A DNA stretch of 64,000 nt from positions 133,406 through 197,405 of the forward strand of contig JBMORA010000064.1 in assembly GCA_049320885.1 (NCBI GenBank), written 5' to 3'. A program made the position numbers and the translations under genes. Every line of letters starts with the position of its first letter. Position 1 is the stretch's first letter. The notes below the pieces were generated by a model, which saw nothing but the letters and a program-made list of their open reading frames with translations, was not told where the DNA came from and did not search any database. This document shows, piece by piece, positions 59,757 through 64,000 of this stretch. The stretch comes from Thermodesulfobacteriota bacterium (GTDB lineage: Bacteria > Desulfobacterota > Desulfobacteria > Desulfobacterales > SURF-7).

Positions 59757-60841
59757 TCAGCCGTGACTGCCTGCAGAATCGTTTCCAGCCGGACGGCAAG
59801 ATCGGTCCAGGTGGTGGGGGGATCATAATCCGTCTCCCGGTCGGTCAAGCGCTGTTCTATTCTGGATGCCAGTTGAACGGCGTCCTCGGGATCATACAAC
59901 CACTCGGGGTGCTCCTTCAGCAGGTCTTTCAGGCTACCGACGGCCGAGGCGATGATCGGAACATCGCAGGCCATGAATTCTCTGGTTTTCTGGGGGAAAC
60001 AATAGCGGCCGAAGGCGTCGTTCGGATAACAGATAACCCCTATGTCGAGAGCGTTCAGGAATACAGGCACCGTCTCATGGGGTAGTATGCCGCAATCGCA
60101 AATGGCCGGGTCGTCGGGAAAAACCGCATCCCGGGGGCCGGCCAGCGCGAGGTGCAGGCCGGGATATCGGTGCCGCAATTGTGTAAAGGCCTCGATCAAT
60201 ACAAAAATATTTCGGTTTTTGTACAGTGCTCCGCAGGCGCCGATAATGGTTGCGGAGACCGGCAGCCCCATGACCTCGCGGCAATGTTTCCGATCCATTG
60301 GTTTGAACAGATCGGAACGTACCGCGAACTCGATGGGGTAAATACGAGACTGCCGCGGGAATTCGGCGGCCAGATAGTCGGCAAAGGCGCTGCTCAAACA
60401 GGTGACGGCGTCGCTGTGTCGAATGGCCCAGTGATATAACTGGCGGACAACCGGGAGTCGGCCAACAAAGAACTCTCCGAAATTGTCGTAGATGTCGAAT
60501 ACCACCGGGCATCGATGGATACGACCCAGGAAACAACCGATGATGCCGTAGAACGAATCGGAGCAGGCCCAGATGACATCCGATCGGGCTGCCAGGCGGC
60601 GGGCAGCCATGATGAACCGAAACAATCCGGAGGCTTTAGAAGGTCCGGCGTTGATGCTTTTCCAGTTTACCGGTCCATCCGCGATCCAGCCTTCGGTCCG
60701 TTTGCGATAACTGAGGCACAGACCCGTTACGGTGTGGCCCCTCTCGGCCAGGGCCAGAGGGATTTCACGAAAGCGCCCGAACCGGTCGTCGATCAAGTCT
60801 TTGTTCATATACTGGCGTTTGGTTAGAATGAGAATCTTCAT
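59726..60841 (-). CDS. GT4 family glycosyltransferase
   Basis: LAERGHTV, FDIYD and FPQKTREFMACDVPIIASAVG motifs; 3' end overlaps the convergent TPR gene by 31 nt. Confidence 0.88.
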   Translation of the reverse strand: MKILILTKRQYMNKDLIDDRFGRFREIPLALAERGHTVTGLCLSYRKRTEGWIADGPVNWKSINAGPSKASGLFRFIMAARRLAARSDVIWACSDSFYGIIGCFLGRIHRCPVVFDIYDNFGEFFVGRLPVVRQLYHWAIRHSDAVTCLSSAFADYLAAEFPRQSRIYPIEFAVRSDLFKPMDRKHCREVMGLPVSATIIGACGALYKNRNIFVLIEAFTQLRHRYPGLHLALAGPRDAVFPDDPAICDCGILPHETVPVFLNALDIGVICYPNDAFGRYCFPQKTREFMACDVPIIASAVGSLKDLLKEHPEWLYDPEDAVQLASRIEQRLTDRETDYDPPTTWTDLAVRLETILQAVTADQPPCPSPSM

Positions 60842-61821
60842 CGGTCTGATGTCCGGAGGCGCCGGTGCCAGTTCCAGGCGGTTTGGAGGATTTCTTCTAT
60901 ACCCGGGAAATGCGCTTGCCAGCCGAGCAACCGCTGCGCCTTGGAGTTATCGGCCACCAGCATCGGTGGATCACCCTTGCGCCGGTCGCAGGTGACAACC
61001 GGAATCGCGCGGCCGGTAATGGCGGCGGCGGCTTTGATGATCTGGGTGATCGAATACCCGTTGCCGGTCCCGATGTTGACGCAATCGCTCGGTTCGCCGG
61101 CCCTCAGCCTATCGAGTGCCAGCACGTGGGCAACGGCAAGATCACTCACGTGAATGAAATCCCGCACGCAGGTGCCGTCTTCGGTCGGGTAGTCGACGCC
61201 GTAAACGCTCATTGCAGATGAATTTCCGTGGGCCACGTCCAGAACCCGGGGAATAATATGCGGTTCCGGATGGTGATCCTCGCCAAGGTCGCCTTCCGGG
61301 TCCGCGCCGGCGGCATTGAAGTATCTCAAGCTGGTGTACCGCAGATTGCCGGTTCTGGCGCAGTCTTCCAGTATGGTTTCAACCATGACCTTGGTTCGGC
61401 CGTAGGGATTGATGGGCTTTTGGGGGTGGGCCTCGTTGATCGGCAGATAATCCGGGATGCCGTAGGTGGCGCAGGAAGAAGAAAATATGAAGATCTCGAT
61501 GTGGCTGGATATGGCAAACCGCAGCAGATCGATGGTTTTCGCAACATTGTTGACGTAATATTTGAGAGGATCGCTGACCGACTCACCCACATAGGCGTAG
61601 GCCGCGAAATGCATGATCGCCCCGATATCGAATCCGGTAAGAATCTCGCGCAATATTGAATGGTCGGCGAAGTCGCCTTCAAAAAGCGGGCCCCATTGGA
61701 CCGCTTCCCGGTGTCCGGTGACGAGATTGTCCAGGGTGACCGGGGTATGTCCCGCACGTGACAGCTCCTTGCAGCAATGGGACCCGATATATCCGGCGCC
61801 GCCGGTAACGAGGACATTCAT
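60838..61821 (-). CDS. galE: UDP-glucose 4-epimerase
   Basis: VTGGAGYIGSH, HFAA...VGES, YGRTK, LRYFNAAGA and DGTCVRDFIHV motifs. Confidence 0.96.
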   Translation of the reverse strand: MNVLVTGGAGYIGSHCCKELSRAGHTPVTLDNLVTGHREAVQWGPLFEGDFADHSILREILTGFDIGAIMHFAAYAYVGESVSDPLKYYVNNVAKTIDLLRFAISSHIEIFIFSSSCATYGIPDYLPINEAHPQKPINPYGRTKVMVETILEDCARTGNLRYTSLRYFNAAGADPEGDLGEDHHPEPHIIPRVLDVAHGNSSAMSVYGVDYPTEDGTCVRDFIHVSDLAVAHVLALDRLRAGEPSDCVNIGTGNGYSITQIIKAAAAITGRAIPVVTCDRRKGDPPMLVADNSKAQRLLGWQAHFPGIEEILQTAWNWHRRLRTSDR

Positions 61822-61926
61822 GGATGCAACCTTCCCGTACTTTGACGATCAGCCTTGCGACAATCTTACCCGCTGCGGGAACAAGCCGTTTGGATGATTG
61901 GGATAAGACCTTGCTTTTTGGCGCAA

Positions 61927-61955
61927 AATATATGTGAACAGTGAATGTGAGTCAA
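61927..61955 (-). promoter_or_regulatory. Putative sigma70 promoter for galE-GT4
   Basis: Minus strand TTGACT-17 nt-TATATT. Confidence 0.55.
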
Positions 61956-62336
61956 GGGTATTGTGGCCGGCCCGGCAAGTTTGGCGAATCAAGCGGCCGG
62001 TTTTCCGAACTTTGATTTATGGTCGAGTTGCGTTTGGTGATCTGGGCCTCAGTCAGCATGACTTGGTCGGTCATAATCTTCCGTTTGGCTTCGGCCCGTA
62101 TTTCGTTTAACAGCTTCTGGGTCGCCTGCAGAGCGGGAATTGGGTTCGAAAATTCAGCGCGCGGTTCCCGTGAGACTGGTAGCGTAGCGATAACCTCGTA
62201 TCAGGACGCTGGTGCCTATGCGTTTCGTATTTTGACATGGTTCAGGGGCATGGGGGGTATCTGTTCCTCGGCAGGGGAGCGATACCCCCCGGATGTCAAT
62301 GGATTTTTGTGGGCTTGGTTGGAGGCTTGAGAAATA

Positions 62337-62362
62337 ATAAACCCGCTTTTCAGCGGGTTTAT
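62337..62362 (-). terminator. Terminator downstream of tRNA-Lys
   Basis: ATAAACCCGCT-TTTC-AGCGGGTTTAT hairpin, followed by a T-rich run on the minus strand. Confidence 0.8.
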
Positions 62363-62393
62363 CTACTTTATCGGGCACTGTTGGAGTTCGCTT

Positions 62394-62470
62394 TGGTGGG
62401 CCGTCCGGGAATCGAACCCAGAACCATCTGATTAAGAGTCAGGTGCTCTACCTAGTTGAGCTAACGGCCC
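62394..62470 (-). tRNA. tRNA-Lys(CTT)
   Basis: Minus strand GGGCCGTTAGCTCAACTAGGTAGAGCACCTGACT-CTT-AATCAGATGGTTCTGGGTTCGATTCCCGGACGGCCCACCA. Confidence 0.97.
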
Positions 62471-62615
62471 TTTCACGACTTGAAAAATATGATTATTTAT
62501 CAATTTATCATTAGGCTGTCAACTTGTTTTTCGGGATAACCGATTCTGTTTGATATCCTCCCGCCTCACTCCCCGTTGGTATACCCAGCCATCGGCCAGC
62601 GGAGGAGCGGACGCT

Positions 62616-63869
62616 TCATGGCAGCATGCTTTCGAAAACCGAGATGGTGCGGTCGCAGAGCATGTTGACGTAACTGCCCATCTCATTGTCATACCAGCCG
62701 TAAATCACCGCCTGGGTGACGGGGATGCGGATGATCCGGTCCTTCAGGACGGTCAAGACTTCCGGCGGCAGATGGGGGACGTTGCCCATATCGATGGTCA
62801 CCTCGGCGGTCCGGGTGTGGGTTTCATGTCCCTCGATGATGGCGGCGGCCTTGGGGGTGCCGATGACGTCGGCGGAAACATTCTGTTTTTCTGTGAAATG
62901 GAGATATCCGTGGGGATCGAGATCGGCGGCCTGGCGGTAGACATCGTTCAGGAATTCCCGGTTCACCGGCGTTCCGGAGAGGGCCTCCTGAAGAGTGATC
63001 ACCAGGATGATCAGGGAGCCGGTGGTGGTGGGAATGCGCACGGACTCGGCGATGAATCCGATCTGTTTCATTTCGGGAATCACCAGTCGCAGCGTGTTGG
63101 CCGCTCCCGTGGTGGTCAGGATGATGTTGTTCATCACGCTGCGGCTTTTGCGCAGATCGGTTTTACCGGCTTTGGGCAATCGGTCCAGCACTTCCTGGGA
63201 ACTGGTGGCGGCATGGATGGTGGCCATGGAAGCGGACAACAATCGCTGGGGGCCGAAGGTGTTGAGCAGCGGCTTCATCATGTGGGCCAGGCAGGTGGTG
63301 GTGCAGGAGGCATTGGAGATGACGGTATGGCGCCGCGGGTCATAATCGTCGCCGTTGATGCCCATGACCGTGGTCACGGCGTCATCGGGCATGGACCTGC
63401 CCTTGTCCTTGATTTTGAAAGGCGCGGAAACGATCACTTTTTCCGCTCCGGCTTCGAGATGGCCGCGGATGGAACCGCCGGGGCCGTCCGCCGGCGCGGT
63501 GGGATCGAGAAATTGTCCGGTGGTGTCGATCACCAGGCGGACGTCCTGATCGCGCCAGGGAATATTCATGGGATCGCGTTGGGATCTGAGAAATCGCACC
63601 ACCGAATCGTCGATCCGCATGGTTCCGGTTTTCTCATCCACATCCCGGATGACCGGCGCCGAGCGGTGACCGTGCAGGAAGGCATGCAGGGCGCCATACG
63701 TGGAATCCCGTTCGAGGTAATGGGCGATGTCGGCAATGGAAGTGCCGGCCTTCCGGCCGATGTTGACGACGATTTCATGGAAATAGTTGCGGGCCAACAA
63801 CTGCCATACCGTCAGTTTGCCGATGCGGCCGAATCCATTGACGCCGATAACTTTTTTTTCGTTCATCAC
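62616..63869 (-). CDS. Second, longer GAPDH-family protein
   Basis: GVNGFGRIGK, DSTYG, VIVSAP, NASCTTTCL, TTGAA and WYDNE motifs; 417 aa with insertions. Confidence 0.9.
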   Translation of the reverse strand: MMNEKKVIGVNGFGRIGKLTVWQLLARNYFHEIVVNIGRKAGTSIADIAHYLERDSTYGALHAFLHGHRSAPVIRDVDEKTGTMRIDDSVVRFLRSQRDPMNIPWRDQDVRLVIDTTGQFLDPTAPADGPGGSIRGHLEAGAEKVIVSAPFKIKDKGRSMPDDAVTTVMGINGDDYDPRRHTVISNASCTTTCLAHMMKPLLNTFGPQRLLSASMATIHAATSSQEVLDRLPKAGKTDLRKSRSVMNNIILTTTGAANTLRLVIPEMKQIGFIAESVRIPTTTGSLIILVITLQEALSGTPVNREFLNDVYRQAADLDPHGYLHFTEKQNVSADVIGTPKAAAIIEGHETHTRTAEVTIDMGNVPHLPPEVLTVLKDRIIRIPVTQAVIYGWYDNEMGSYVNMLCDRTISVFESMLP

Positions 63870-63890
63870 TGAATCCTCCCCCCGTGAACC

Positions 63891-64000
63891 CTATTCCACT
63901 TTAACTTTCATCAGTCCCCTATAGACGGAGCCTTCCTGGCCGTCGATGCTGATGAAATCCCCGGATTTCATCAACGTCCCGTTGAACAGGGCTGTTTTCT
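63891..64000 (-). CDS. 3' end of a PEP-utilising enzyme (PPDK-like swivel domain); 5' part outside window
   Basis: Minus-strand translation KTALFNGTLMKSGDFISIDGQEGSVYRGLMKVKVE* matches the GD.ISIDG..G.VY.G pattern; only about 35 codons are visible. Confidence 0.7.
   Translation of the reverse strand, partial: KTALFNGTLMKSGDFISIDGQEGSVYRGLMKVKVE

Noticed and set aside
30844..62470. Glycosylation locus as an integrative mobile island at tRNA-Lys
   Set aside because: No integrase or transposase, and I saw no duplicate of the tRNA 3' end near pilA; variability by homologous exchange remains possible.
1..64000. CRISPR array, rRNA, prophage or IS element
   Set aside because: No regularly spaced repeats, rRNA-like sequence, or phage/transposase genes seen by eye; intergenic spaces are short.

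Overview
Gene-dense chromosomal window. Gene content and order (rpoN-lpt-kds block, pilR-pilA, DUF39 homocysteine gene) suggest a Desulfobacterota/deltaproteobacterium; this is inference. The first ~28 kb is mostly housekeeping: Kef-type antiporter, slyD, Fe-ADH, galU, a UDP-sugar epimerase, HDOD plus MshEN-type PilB/GspE ATPase, a flavoprotein disulfide-reductase homologue lacking the redox cysteines, a divergent sigma54/sigma28-controlled pair including an LPP20/FlgP-like lipoprotein, the kdsA-kdsC-lptCAB-rpoN-hpf-ptsN-rapZ-EIIA-rimI-gap-tpiA-secG-tRNA-Leu run, an M23 peptidase, lepB and pyrBC. From 28.6 kb, pilR and a sigma54-driven type IVa pilin (pilA) precede a ~31 kb surface-glycosylation locus ending near tRNA-Lys. 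That locus encodes six GT-C-like membrane proteins (two are TMTC-like TPR proteins), two DPM1-like GT2s, two GT4s, a Wzx flippase, a VKOR-DsbA fusion, a WbpB-WbpD-like fusion, a FabH/ACP/GNAT/deacetylase cassette, two SAM methyltransferases and two B12 radical SAM enzymes. It is the best candidate for an undescribed system: a lipid-linked, GT-C-driven pilin glycosylation and glycan-tailoring pathway. The window ends with a second, divergent GAPDH and the 3' end of a PEP-utilising (PPDK-like) gene. No CRISPR array, integrase or transposase was seen. All calls come from reading motifs by eye; no database searches were run.
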